From the NCBI GenBank assembly GCA_046297395.1, contig JBKCNM010000071.1:2255-66254 (forward strand): DNA of 64,000 nt, read 5' to 3'. Source of the stretch: Bacteroidota bacterium. GTDB lineage: Bacteria > Bacteroidota > Bacteroidia > UBA4408. The notes beneath the pieces were generated by a model that was not told the origin of the DNA, searched no databases, and was given only the letters and a program-made list of their open reading frames with translations. Made by a program: the position numbers and the translations under genes. This document shows, piece by piece, positions 9,644 to 18,182 of this stretch (positions are counted from its first letter, which is position 1; the number at the start of each line of letters is the position of its first letter).

Positions 9644-10153
9644 TTATGCGAAATTGATCAGGGTCTGGTTCTTTTCCACAGCAGCTGATTTCTGCACATG
9701 CACTTTCTGTATGATACCGTCTGCCGGTGATTTTAAGATGTTTTCCATTTTCATGGCCTCAAGCACCAATAGCGGGTCTCCCTTTTTTACAGTGTCTCCA
9801 ACTTTTACCCTTACTTCCAGCACCAAACCGGGCATGGGCGCTTTTAATTCATTTACTTTTGATGACTGTCCTGCGTCCATGCCGAGGCTCTTGAGCATCA
9901 GATCCAACTTATCCTGAAGACGAACTTGGTATGGGTGATTATTGATTTTGATGGTCATCTCCTTCATCGTCTCGTTGTAATCGGTGAGCTCTGCAACAAA
10001 AGATTTTCTTTCTAACAGAATACTGATACGACGATGATCGATTGGATGAACATCAGCCTGATGAATTTTTCCATCCACTTTTACCTCACCGTTGGAAATT
10101 TCCCCGGGGTCGATTTCCATGGCTTCGTTTTGGTTCACCTGTACTTTATACAT
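9644..10153 (-). CDS. Biotin carboxyl carrier protein (acyl-CoA carboxylase biotin/lipoyl subunit)
   Basis: KAPMPGLV, V..GD.V.KG..L.VLEAMKMEN biotinylation motif. Confidence 0.92.
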   Translation of the reverse strand: MYKVQVNQNEAMEIDPGEISNGEVKVDGKIHQADVHPIDHRRISILLERKSFVAELTDYNETMKEMTIKINNHPYQVRLQDKLDLMLKSLGMDAGQSSKVNELKAPMPGLVLEVRVKVGDTVKKGDPLLVLEAMKMENILKSPADGIIQKVHVQKSAAVEKNQTLINFA

Positions 10154-10260
10154 TGCAATTATTTTCTGAACAATGTTACGAAATAAATCCCTGATATGAC
10201 CCCTTTTTCCTTCCTTTGTCTTGCTTGTATTCCCTGCTTCTCAGCGCTGTCCCCTGCCCA

Positions 10261-10312
10261 TAAGCGTTTACGCTTAGGCTCACATGCAGTGCCATTAAGC
10301 CCCATATATTTG
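10261..10312 (+). promoter_or_regulatory. Perfect palindrome TAAGCGT-TT-ACGCTTA (10261-10276) plus -7 element TATATTTG (10305-10312) upstream of the radical SAM operon
   Basis: Both motifs read directly from the divergent intergenic region; their function is inferred. Confidence 0.4.
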
Positions 10313-10402
10313 CACTTGTAAGCATCCTCCAGCTTGTAGATTAGATTGGCCTTTCGTATTATTGTTAAACATTAAAATTATACGGTTATTTGTCCCCAGT
10401 GG

Positions 10403-11347
10403 ATGCATATGTTGGCAGAGGAAATACCTGTTTTAAAAAATACATTGTCTTCGGCAGAAGATCATGTGGATAAAATTGTAAAAACACTTTCTTATTTTAA
10501 GGTGTTTTCCTATCCCCTTACCATGGAGCAGTTGTATTTGTTTTATCCTGTTAAATTAACCTTTCATGATTTTCAGCAATTGCTTAGTCATTGTATCGCG
10601 AAAGGCATTGTTCATGAATACCTCGGTTATCTTAGTCTGTATCCGGCGCTTCCCTCTATCAACACCCGTTTGCTGAGTGAAATTGCCCACGGAAAAATTT
10701 GGAAATCCGCCCTTCGGAATGCCAGATTGATTCACCGTTTTCCTTTTGTCCTCTCGGTAAGTATTTCGGGTTCATGCGCCAAAGGAGTGTTTCCCAAAGA
10801 TGCTGATGTGGATTTTTTTATCATCACACAGCCCGGAAAACTTTGGCTCTGCAGGACATTGCTTATTCTTTACAAAAAAATATTCAGGGCAAACAGTCAC
10901 CGCTTTTTTTGTATTAATTATCTGATTGCATCTGATGCGAGAGAGATCCCTGATAAGAATTTGTTTACCGCAATTGAACTTGCCACGCTTGTAAACATCA
11001 CCGGAAAAGAAATCTTTACGGAATTTGAAAAAGCCAACAGCTGGTATCGGCAATATCTCCCTAATCACAAAGGCCCGGTAATCAGCGAATGTCCCGATCC
11101 CCCCAAATATTTTGTTTTTCGATGGCTGGAGCAGTTAAGCCCTGATGGACTTGTTTGTAAAGCAGATGATTTTCTTCTCAGGCTGAGTCATCGTTTTCGA
11201 AAAAGAAAATTCAATAAGATGGACAAAGAAGAATTTAGCTTGAATCTCAGAACCCTTAAGTCTGTTTCAAAGCATCATCCAAGAGGATTTCAGTACAAGG
11301 TATTGCAACGCATGGAAGAAATTTACAAACAAGTAGCCCTTCCATGA
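10403..11347 (+). CDS. Nucleotidyltransferase-domain protein (Pol-beta superfamily) with a predicted N-terminal winged-helix-like region
   Basis: hGS...DhD motif (SISGSCAKG....DADVDFFII); N-terminal TLSYF.VF.YPLT; conserved-looking FCINY, NLFTAIE, N.W...YLPN and KHHP..FQ segments. Confidence 0.75.
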   Translation: MHMLAEEIPVLKNTLSSAEDHVDKIVKTLSYFKVFSYPLTMEQLYLFYPVKLTFHDFQQLLSHCIAKGIVHEYLGYLSLYPALPSINTRLLSEIAHGKIWKSALRNARLIHRFPFVLSVSISGSCAKGVFPKDADVDFFIITQPGKLWLCRTLLILYKKIFRANSHRFFCINYLIASDAREIPDKNLFTAIELATLVNITGKEIFTEFEKANSWYRQYLPNHKGPVISECPDPPKYFVFRWLEQLSPDGLVCKADDFLLRLSHRFRKRKFNKMDKEEFSLNLRTLKSVSKHHPRGFQYKVLQRMEEIYKQVALP

Positions 11348-12768
11348 AAATCCTTTTTTCGCATTCTTATGTCTTGACATTCGATCCCAAGCAGGTGAGA
11401 GCCATGCAGCCCTATCCGCCGCTGGCCACTCTCTATGCCGCAAGCCTTGCCAAAAGCCTTGGTCATGAAGTAAAAGTGCACGATGTTCAATTCGATACGA
11501 ATGAAAAAAAGCTAATGGCAAGTGTGAGGAATTTTAATCCTGATGTCTTGGTTTTTTGGGATGATGGCTTCAATTATCTCACGAAAATGTGTCTCAGCAA
11601 CATGCGTGATTTTATTCTACATGTACTGCAGCTGGAGGCTACGAAAACCTTGCCTGTATGGATTTGTAGTTCTGATTCTTCCGACCATCCTGAAGTGTAC
11701 CTTCAGGCAGGAGCACAACTTGTAATTACAGGAGAGGGAGAGGCCACGCTCCGCGATCTGCTTACTTTCTATCCTAATTATCTCAACACACAGGGAATTG
11801 TGCATGCCGGGGGAAGAAATCCGAAAAGACCGGTTATCAAATTACTCGATGAGTTGCCACTTCCTGATTATCGACTGATCGATATTAATTCTTACCGAAA
11901 TCGATGGAAAGCAAAGCATGGTTTTTTTTCCATCAATATGGTTACAACCAGAGGATGCCCATTTTCTTGTAATTGGTGTGCAAAACCGATTTATGGCAAC
12001 CGATATCATGCACATTCTCCTGCCTGGATAGTTTCTCAGTTAAAACAATTGATCACTGATTGTCAACCGGATCACATTTGGTTTGCAGATGATATATTTG
12101 GTTTGAAACCCGGATGGGTAAAGGAGTTCGCTGATTTACTCGAAAAGGAAAATATACTTATTCCATTTAAAATTCAGAGCAGGGTGGACCTGCTCTTGAA
12201 TGAAAATGCAGTACAACACCTCGCTCGAGCCGGCTGCGATACGGTATGGGTTGGTGCTGAAAGTGGTTCGCAAAAGATTCTTGATGCCATGGACAAAGGA
12301 ACCCTCGTTGAGCAGATAGCGGAAGCTACTCACCAACTACACAAAGCAGGCATGAAGGTGGGTTATTTTCTTCAATTTGGCTATCCGGGTGAAGAACTTG
12401 CTGATATACATCTCACGCTTCGCATGCTCGAAGAAAATAAACCTGATGACATTGGTGTATCTGTCTCTTACCCTCTTCCGGGGACTTCTTTTTATGACAA
12501 GGTAAAATCAGAGTTGAATAACAAAGCAAACTGGACCGACTCCGATGACTTATCGCTGATGTTCTCCAACACTTATCCCGGTAGTTTTTATAAAGCATTA
12601 CATCGCTATCTTCATAAAAAATTTCGATTGTCCCAATCCCTCCGACAAACCAAAAATATAATAAGAAATAAAGTTGATTTTTTATTGTTGATGAAAGAAA
12701 TTATGCGAACAGTTTATTATTGTATGGTCCTGCCATATTACAAATTAAGGTGGTATGCAAGCAGATAA
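11344..12768 (+). CDS. Cobalamin-binding radical SAM enzyme
   Basis: N-terminal B12-binding domain (YPPLATLY, GEGE), TTRGCPFSCNWC (CxxxCxxC), FADDIF, GAESGSQKILD.M.KG, GYPGE, YPLPGT. Confidence 0.92.
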   Translation: MKILFSHSYVLTFDPKQVRAMQPYPPLATLYAASLAKSLGHEVKVHDVQFDTNEKKLMASVRNFNPDVLVFWDDGFNYLTKMCLSNMRDFILHVLQLEATKTLPVWICSSDSSDHPEVYLQAGAQLVITGEGEATLRDLLTFYPNYLNTQGIVHAGGRNPKRPVIKLLDELPLPDYRLIDINSYRNRWKAKHGFFSINMVTTRGCPFSCNWCAKPIYGNRYHAHSPAWIVSQLKQLITDCQPDHIWFADDIFGLKPGWVKEFADLLEKENILIPFKIQSRVDLLLNENAVQHLARAGCDTVWVGAESGSQKILDAMDKGTLVEQIAEATHQLHKAGMKVGYFLQFGYPGEELADIHLTLRMLEENKPDDIGVSVSYPLPGTSFYDKVKSELNNKANWTDSDDLSLMFSNTYPGSFYKALHRYLHKKFRLSQSLRQTKNIIRNKVDFLLLMKEIMRTVYYCMVLPYYKLRWYASR

Positions 12769-13570
12769 TTCTACGGTTTTTTTTGGAAAGATGTCCGGCG
12801 GATATGACAGGGATTTCTCCGAAGGTTTCTCCGGTACGGAACAGCGTAAAAGCATTCACCGCTATCTTGCTCAATGGGTTATTCTTAAAAAAAAATCTAC
12901 GCCTCATCCCGGCATTCTTGAATTGAATGGTGGCACCGGTACGGATGCCTTATTTTTTCATTCCCTTGGCTGCCATGTTTTATATTCAGATGGCTCACCT
13001 GAAATGGTCTCAGTGGCTGAACAAAAATTCCGAGTAAGCAATGCTTTCATCCATTCCTCTGTAATGAACCTGAATAATCTTCCTGTACTAGATGAAAAGT
13101 TTGACTTGGTTTTCTCCAATTTCTCAGGCCTGAATTGTATTTCTCCTGATCAATTATCTCATTTTTTTAAATGGGTAAAGCAGCAACTCAATCCTGATGG
13201 GGAATGCATTGCGGTAGTTTTTGGCACCAATCCACTCCTTGAACGACTTTTTTTTGCCCTTACATGCAACATAAAAGGTTTTTACAGAAGGAGAAAAGCG
13301 TATTTAGAATCACGATTATCTGCTGAAGACAAATTTCCTGTTTATTATTATTCACCAAGTGATTTAAAATGCATATGCCAATTGGATTTTACCATAAAAC
13401 ATATACAACCCATTGGATTTTTTATTCCTCCGGGTTTTTTATCACCGCACATTGAAAAACACAAAAAACTCGGAAAATGGCTCGTCAAAGGGGAACAATG
13501 GGTCTCTAAATTTTCCTTTCTTGCAAACGCCTCCGACCATTACCTGATTCATTTTCAAAAAAGCCCATGA
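12755..13570 (+). CDS. Class I SAM-dependent methyltransferase
   Basis: ILELNGGTGTDA (motif I), SDGSPEMV..A, FDLVFSNFSGLNC, LNPDG. Confidence 0.85.
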   Translation: MQADNSTVFFGKMSGGYDRDFSEGFSGTEQRKSIHRYLAQWVILKKKSTPHPGILELNGGTGTDALFFHSLGCHVLYSDGSPEMVSVAEQKFRVSNAFIHSSVMNLNNLPVLDEKFDLVFSNFSGLNCISPDQLSHFFKWVKQQLNPDGECIAVVFGTNPLLERLFFALTCNIKGFYRRRKAYLESRLSAEDKFPVYYYSPSDLKCICQLDFTIKHIQPIGFFIPPGFLSPHIEKHKKLGKWLVKGEQWVSKFSFLANASDHYLIHFQKSP

Positions 13571-14955
13571 CCAGACCTGTTCTTCTTACACATGGATACT
13601 TTATCCAGGACGATGCCAAGGAAAGCCAAGTCATGAAACCTTACCCTCCACTGGGAATTTTATACCTATCTGCATTTCTTGATAGCAAAGGGATAGAAAA
13701 TGTTGTTTTTGATACGACATTTTCATCTGTTGAAGAGCAAAAAAAATGTATTCTTGAACACAAACCTGCTGTACTTGGTGTGTATGCCAATCTGATGACC
13801 AAAAAGCAAATTGTTGGATTAATCAGATGGGTCATCGGCGAACCCCAGCTTACATCCACGCGCATTGTTATTGGAGGACCTGATGCGCGCTACAACCGGA
13901 ATCACTGGCTGGACATAGGTGCACATTTTGTGTTGTCGGGTGAAGGCGAAGTAGCTTTCTATTCGCTTGTAAGCGCTATTTTAATGAAAGCTCCCATCTC
14001 TGAAGTACCCTCTTTGTCCTACCTTCAGGGGGGCAAACTCATTGATACATCAGCGGCCGCTTTTTTGCCAATGGATGATCTGCCTGTTCCTGCCAGACAT
14101 AAAATCAATCTGAACAAATACCTGGATGTTTGGCGCAAGCATCATGGCTACGCCACTATCTCTGTGAGTACTATGCGCGGATGTCCATACACCTGTAAAT
14201 GGTGTAGCAGGGCTGTGTACGGACAATCGTACAGGCGTCGTTCACCCGAAAAAGTGGTGGATGAATTGGCAACTCTTATACATACCTACGGCGTTACTTC
14301 CTTCTGGTTTGTGGATGATGTCTTTACAGTCAGCCATAAATGGATGAAAGCCTTTGCAGAACAAATTACATCAAGGAAAATGGACATCAGGTATGAATGC
14401 ATCACAAGAGCCGACCGAATGAATACAGAGGTAATTGAATACTTGAAGAAAAGTGGATGTTTTAGGGTGTGGATTGGCGCCGAAAGTGGCTCTCAAAGAG
14501 TGATTGATTTAATGGATAGGAGAGTGGATACCTCAAAAGTGCGCGAGATGATCAGGGAGACAAAAGCACATGGGATGGAAGCAGGCACTTTTATCATGCT
14601 TGGTTATCCGGGCGAAACGGACGAAGACATACATGAAACTGCCCAGCACCTGAAAGATTCACTGCCTGATTATTTTACCATCACCACAGCATATCCGATT
14701 CGGGGTACTGAACTGTACACAGAAAATACAGCAATGATTGACGAGTCGGCTTCATGGTCAGAAACAACCGATCGGGAAATACGCATCAAAAGGCCTTATC
14801 CTGATAAGTATTATTATTATGCCATCAGGTACATTAATAATACGGTACTGGCTGAACGAATGCGTAAAAGAACAAAAACCATTAACCCCATTCTGTACGG
14901 TAAAATTTATACAAGTATGATGCTCATGTACCTTTACAGAAAGCTCTTATGGTAG
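13567..14955 (+). CDS. Cobalamin-binding radical SAM enzyme (paralog of 11344-12768)
   Basis: YPPLGILY, IGGP, GEGE, MRGCPYTCKWC, FVDDVF, GAESGSQRVID, MLGYPGET, YPIRGT. Confidence 0.92.
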   Translation: MTRPVLLTHGYFIQDDAKESQVMKPYPPLGILYLSAFLDSKGIENVVFDTTFSSVEEQKKCILEHKPAVLGVYANLMTKKQIVGLIRWVIGEPQLTSTRIVIGGPDARYNRNHWLDIGAHFVLSGEGEVAFYSLVSAILMKAPISEVPSLSYLQGGKLIDTSAAAFLPMDDLPVPARHKINLNKYLDVWRKHHGYATISVSTMRGCPYTCKWCSRAVYGQSYRRRSPEKVVDELATLIHTYGVTSFWFVDDVFTVSHKWMKAFAEQITSRKMDIRYECITRADRMNTEVIEYLKKSGCFRVWIGAESGSQRVIDLMDRRVDTSKVREMIRETKAHGMEAGTFIMLGYPGETDEDIHETAQHLKDSLPDYFTITTAYPIRGTELYTENTAMIDESASWSETTDREIRIKRPYPDKYYYYAIRYINNTVLAERMRKRTKTINPILYGKIYTSMMLMYLYRKLLW

Positions 14956-15011
14956 TTATTTTCCATCATCATTTCTTCGTTTACTTACACTTTTTTTTCA
15001 GCCGAAAAGTA

Positions 15012-15019
15012 TATGTTTG
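15012..15019 (+). promoter_or_regulatory. -7 promoter element TATGTTTG for the glycosyltransferase pair
   Basis: TAnnTTTG match 25 bp upstream of the ATG at 15045. Confidence 0.5.
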
Positions 15020-15044
15020 CAGAAAATGACAAGAAGTTCATTAC

Positions 15045-16235
15045 ATGTCACTCATGCTGAATAAGGGAAATGAAAGGAAAGTATCTCTTGTAGCCCTTTT
15101 CCCATGGGTAAGTGTGTCTACACCCGTTATTTCAACAACCAAATATTTTCTGCTCCATGGATGCAAAGTAGATTTGTATGTGAGCCCTTCAAAAATGCTT
15201 AAAGAGTATGCCTTGCCTGCATTTCTTCTCTCGGATCCAAACCTGCAGGTGATCCCCTACACTTCAAGCAGTCGCTACAAGAAACCTTGGTCCACACTGC
15301 TGAGAATCTATCATTTTTTTAAAGGAATACACTCCTCCGATGCAATAGAGTTTGCGTTTACCTTCAGGAAAAAAAGATATGATATCAGTATTGGATACGA
15401 TGCTTCAGGAATTGAACACGCTTTTCTTGCCAATCATTTCTGGAAATCTACACTGATTTACCACAATCTTGAGTTTCATGAATCTCATGACCGGCTTAAA
15501 AAGACAGAGATAAAAATCTGTCGTAACATATCATGTATTCTTACTCAATCTGATTTGAGAGCAAAGATTTTGGCCCGGATCAATCAATGCTCAGTCGAAA
15601 ATTTTAAAGTTCTCTACAACTCAAGTTATCTGGAGAAAGACAATCGTTCGGAGCATTATTTTAATGACCTGTTCCATCTTGATCAATCAAGGTTTCTTGT
15701 CCTCATGAATGGATCTATTATTCCTGAAACTTGCGTGATGGAAACTTTAGAAACATTATCCCGGTGGCCTCCGAATGCTGTTTTAATTTTGCATGGCTGG
15801 TGCCCTCATCAGTCGCTCAGGGACGAGATTGAAAAGTACAGGAATGAGTTTCCGGACAAGTTGTTTCTTTCACATAATTTTATTGACTTCGAGCACAAAT
15901 TAAAAATATTTCGTTCCGTTCACCTGGTCCTGGTTTTTTATCAATCAACGGATGAGAATCATTCCTCAGCGGCAGGATCATCCGGTAAGTTTTATGACGC
16001 ATTGATGACAGGCAGACCTGTTGTAGCAAACAATATAGAAGGAATGGCAGAAATGATTGTTCCGGGAAATCTGGGTTATGTGATCAAATCCATGGATGAG
16101 CTTCCGCATGCTATTTCGCTCAGCATGAAAAACCATGCTGTTTTGTCTCAAAACGCATTTCATGCGTTCGATCAGTATTCATTCTCCTCAAGCATGGACA
16201 AGGTGCTGGAGGATTTGTTAAACAAGCAACAATGA
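15045..16235 (+). CDS. Glycosyltransferase, GT-B fold (GT4-like, divergent)
   Basis: C-terminal SSGKFYDALMTGRPVVAN (variant of K..EY...G.P), G.V motif, about 400 aa. Confidence 0.75.
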   Translation: MSLMLNKGNERKVSLVALFPWVSVSTPVISTTKYFLLHGCKVDLYVSPSKMLKEYALPAFLLSDPNLQVIPYTSSSRYKKPWSTLLRIYHFFKGIHSSDAIEFAFTFRKKRYDISIGYDASGIEHAFLANHFWKSTLIYHNLEFHESHDRLKKTEIKICRNISCILTQSDLRAKILARINQCSVENFKVLYNSSYLEKDNRSEHYFNDLFHLDQSRFLVLMNGSIIPETCVMETLETLSRWPPNAVLILHGWCPHQSLRDEIEKYRNEFPDKLFLSHNFIDFEHKLKIFRSVHLVLVFYQSTDENHSSAAGSSGKFYDALMTGRPVVANNIEGMAEMIVPGNLGYVIKSMDELPHAISLSMKNHAVLSQNAFHAFDQYSFSSSMDKVLEDLLNKQQ

Positions 16236-17473
16236 AAATTCTGCACATAAGCACTTTTGATTCAGGAGGAGCTGGCACAGCGGCATTAAGACTGCACGAA
16301 GCCATGCTGTCCGCAGGATTGGATTCACAATTACTTGTGATGAACAGCAGGAGTTATGGTCGAAAAAAGGTGAAGAGGTTCAACCCTTTGGTCAAGGGAT
16401 TCTGGCCTAAAATTGGTTTTAAAGTAAATCGTGTAGTATCAGAACTGATTATGCCATTCTGGCTCAAGAAGTATAGTTTTCAATATATTACTTCTCGTTC
16501 AAAGGTTACTGAACTTTATAGCATGCCATGGACAAGACAGCCCTTGCAGTTTAATGATGATTTCTTACAAGCAGATGTTGTTCATTTTCATTGGATATCC
16601 GGCTTTGCCGACATATCCCTGATAAAAAAATTTCCTGATAAAAGATTTGTGTGGACCCTGCACGACATGAATCCCTTTACTGCAGGCTGCCATTATTCAT
16701 TAGGTTGTAACCATTATACAGCGAATTGTCATCCCTGTCCCATGCTTAATGAAGAAACCTATTCCGATGCATTTTATGCTTACAAAAATGAATGGCTCCA
16801 AGGATGCAGTAATCTTTCTATCGTAACACCCTCCGCATGGTTAGGTAATCTTTCGAAGAAAAGTCAGTTGTTTAAAGAATATCCTCATCATCATATCCGT
16901 AATTGTATTGATGCCAAGGAATTTCAAATTATTGACAAGGCATCTGCACGACAAATCTTACAGCTTTCTACGAATGCCATTGTTTTCCTTTTTGTGGCCG
17001 GTGATACCTCAAATCCCCGAAAAGGAATTTCTCATATTTTTGAGTTGGCGCAGTTATATGCCAATGCCGATGTGCAGTTTCTTGTTTTGGGAAATCCACC
17101 CAACAAGCAAATTCCGAATCTCATTTCTCTGGGTTTTTTAAATGACAGCTACTCGCTAAATTTAGCTTATTCCGCTGCAGATGCATTTATCACTCCTTCA
17201 ATTGAAGATAACTTACCAAATGTAATTGTGGAATCATTGTATTGCGGCACGCCTGTCCTAGGATTCAGGATTGGCGGCGTAGCAGAAATGATTTCTGATG
17301 GAAACAATGGTTATCTCTCCTCAGAGCAAAGCACCCATGGCATGCATCAGGTATGTAACTCATTTATTCAAGACCGTGAAAAGTTTAGCCGCGAAGAAAT
17401 TCGAAAAAATGCTCTCGCCTTATACAGTCCTGATGAAGTAGTGTATAAATATAAGGCAGTATACCACAGTTAA
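16232..17473 (+). CDS. Glycosyltransferase family 4 (WcaC-like)
   Basis: MKILHISTFDSGGAG.AA.RLH, DVVHFHW, WTLHDMNPFTAGCHY, PSAWL, EDNLPNVIVES..CGTPV..F.IGG..E. Confidence 0.92.
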   Translation: MKILHISTFDSGGAGTAALRLHEAMLSAGLDSQLLVMNSRSYGRKKVKRFNPLVKGFWPKIGFKVNRVVSELIMPFWLKKYSFQYITSRSKVTELYSMPWTRQPLQFNDDFLQADVVHFHWISGFADISLIKKFPDKRFVWTLHDMNPFTAGCHYSLGCNHYTANCHPCPMLNEETYSDAFYAYKNEWLQGCSNLSIVTPSAWLGNLSKKSQLFKEYPHHHIRNCIDAKEFQIIDKASARQILQLSTNAIVFLFVAGDTSNPRKGISHIFELAQLYANADVQFLVLGNPPNKQIPNLISLGFLNDSYSLNLAYSAADAFITPSIEDNLPNVIVESLYCGTPVLGFRIGGVAEMISDGNNGYLSSEQSTHGMHQVCNSFIQDREKFSREEIRKNALALYSPDEVVYKYKAVYHS

Positions 17474-17564
17474 CAAATACCATGGATCGCTTGCGGAAGC
17501 TGTAAATCCGTAAATTTTAATTTACCTGATTCGGTTGTTTTCCTTCATTCAATTTGTGTATCTC

Positions 17565-18182
17565 TTACAAGATATTGATGTCTCCCGCACCTTCGCGGAT
17601 AATCTCGGCTTCTCCTCCTGAAAAATCAACAACGGTAGAAGGTGTGGTATGTCCTATGCCACCATCAATCAAATAGGTGATTTGCCTTTCATATTTTTCA
17701 TGTATCAATTCGGGATGCGTGTAATACTCTTCTTCGCCATCTTTTTCATGAACTGATGATACCACAATCGGATTCCCCAGATATTCTACAATCGTTTGTG
17801 TAATGCGATCAGAGGTTACCCGGATGCCAACTGTTTTCTTCTTGCTCTGAAATATTTTTGGAATGTTTTTATTCGCTTCCAAAATGAATGTATAAGGTCC
17901 GGGTAGAGCCTTCCGAATGATTTTAAAGATATGGTTCGGTATCTGAACAGTGTATTCTGATAAATTGCTGAGACTGGCGCATACCACTGAAAAATTGGCT
18001 TTTTCAGGATCCATTTTTTTTATCCTGCATATTTTTTCAAATGCCCTGGCTTGTTTGATGTCACAACAAAATGCATAAATAGTATCTGTAGGAACGATGA
18101 TGACTTCTCCTCTTTGAAGTGCCTCAACTATTTTACGCAAAATTCTTTCATCCGGATTTTCAGGAAACAATTTTAAAATCAT
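17565..18182 (-). CDS. Sua5/YciO/YrdC family protein (L-threonylcarbamoyladenylate synthase-like)
   Basis: PTDTIYA, LPGPYTFIL, TVGIRV, IDGG....PSTVVD, IIREGAG. Confidence 0.9.
   Translation of the reverse strand: MILKLFPENPDERILRKIVEALQRGEVIIVPTDTIYAFCCDIKQARAFEKICRIKKMDPEKANFSVVCASLSNLSEYTVQIPNHIFKIIRKALPGPYTFILEANKNIPKIFQSKKKTVGIRVTSDRITQTIVEYLGNPIVVSSVHEKDGEEEYYTHPELIHEKYERQITYLIDGGIGHTTPSTVVDFSGGEAEIIREGAGDINIL

Noticed and set aside
12777-13255. A/T homopolymer runs (T8, A9, T8) in the methyltransferase as phase-variation tracts
   Set aside because: Runs of the same length occur in housekeeping genes in this window (e.g. mqnD), and the frame is intact.
10154-15044. RiPP interpretation of the radical SAM cluster
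   Set aside because: No plausible precursor peptide, RRE/PqqD domain, SPASM domain, peptidase or exporter in or beside the operon.
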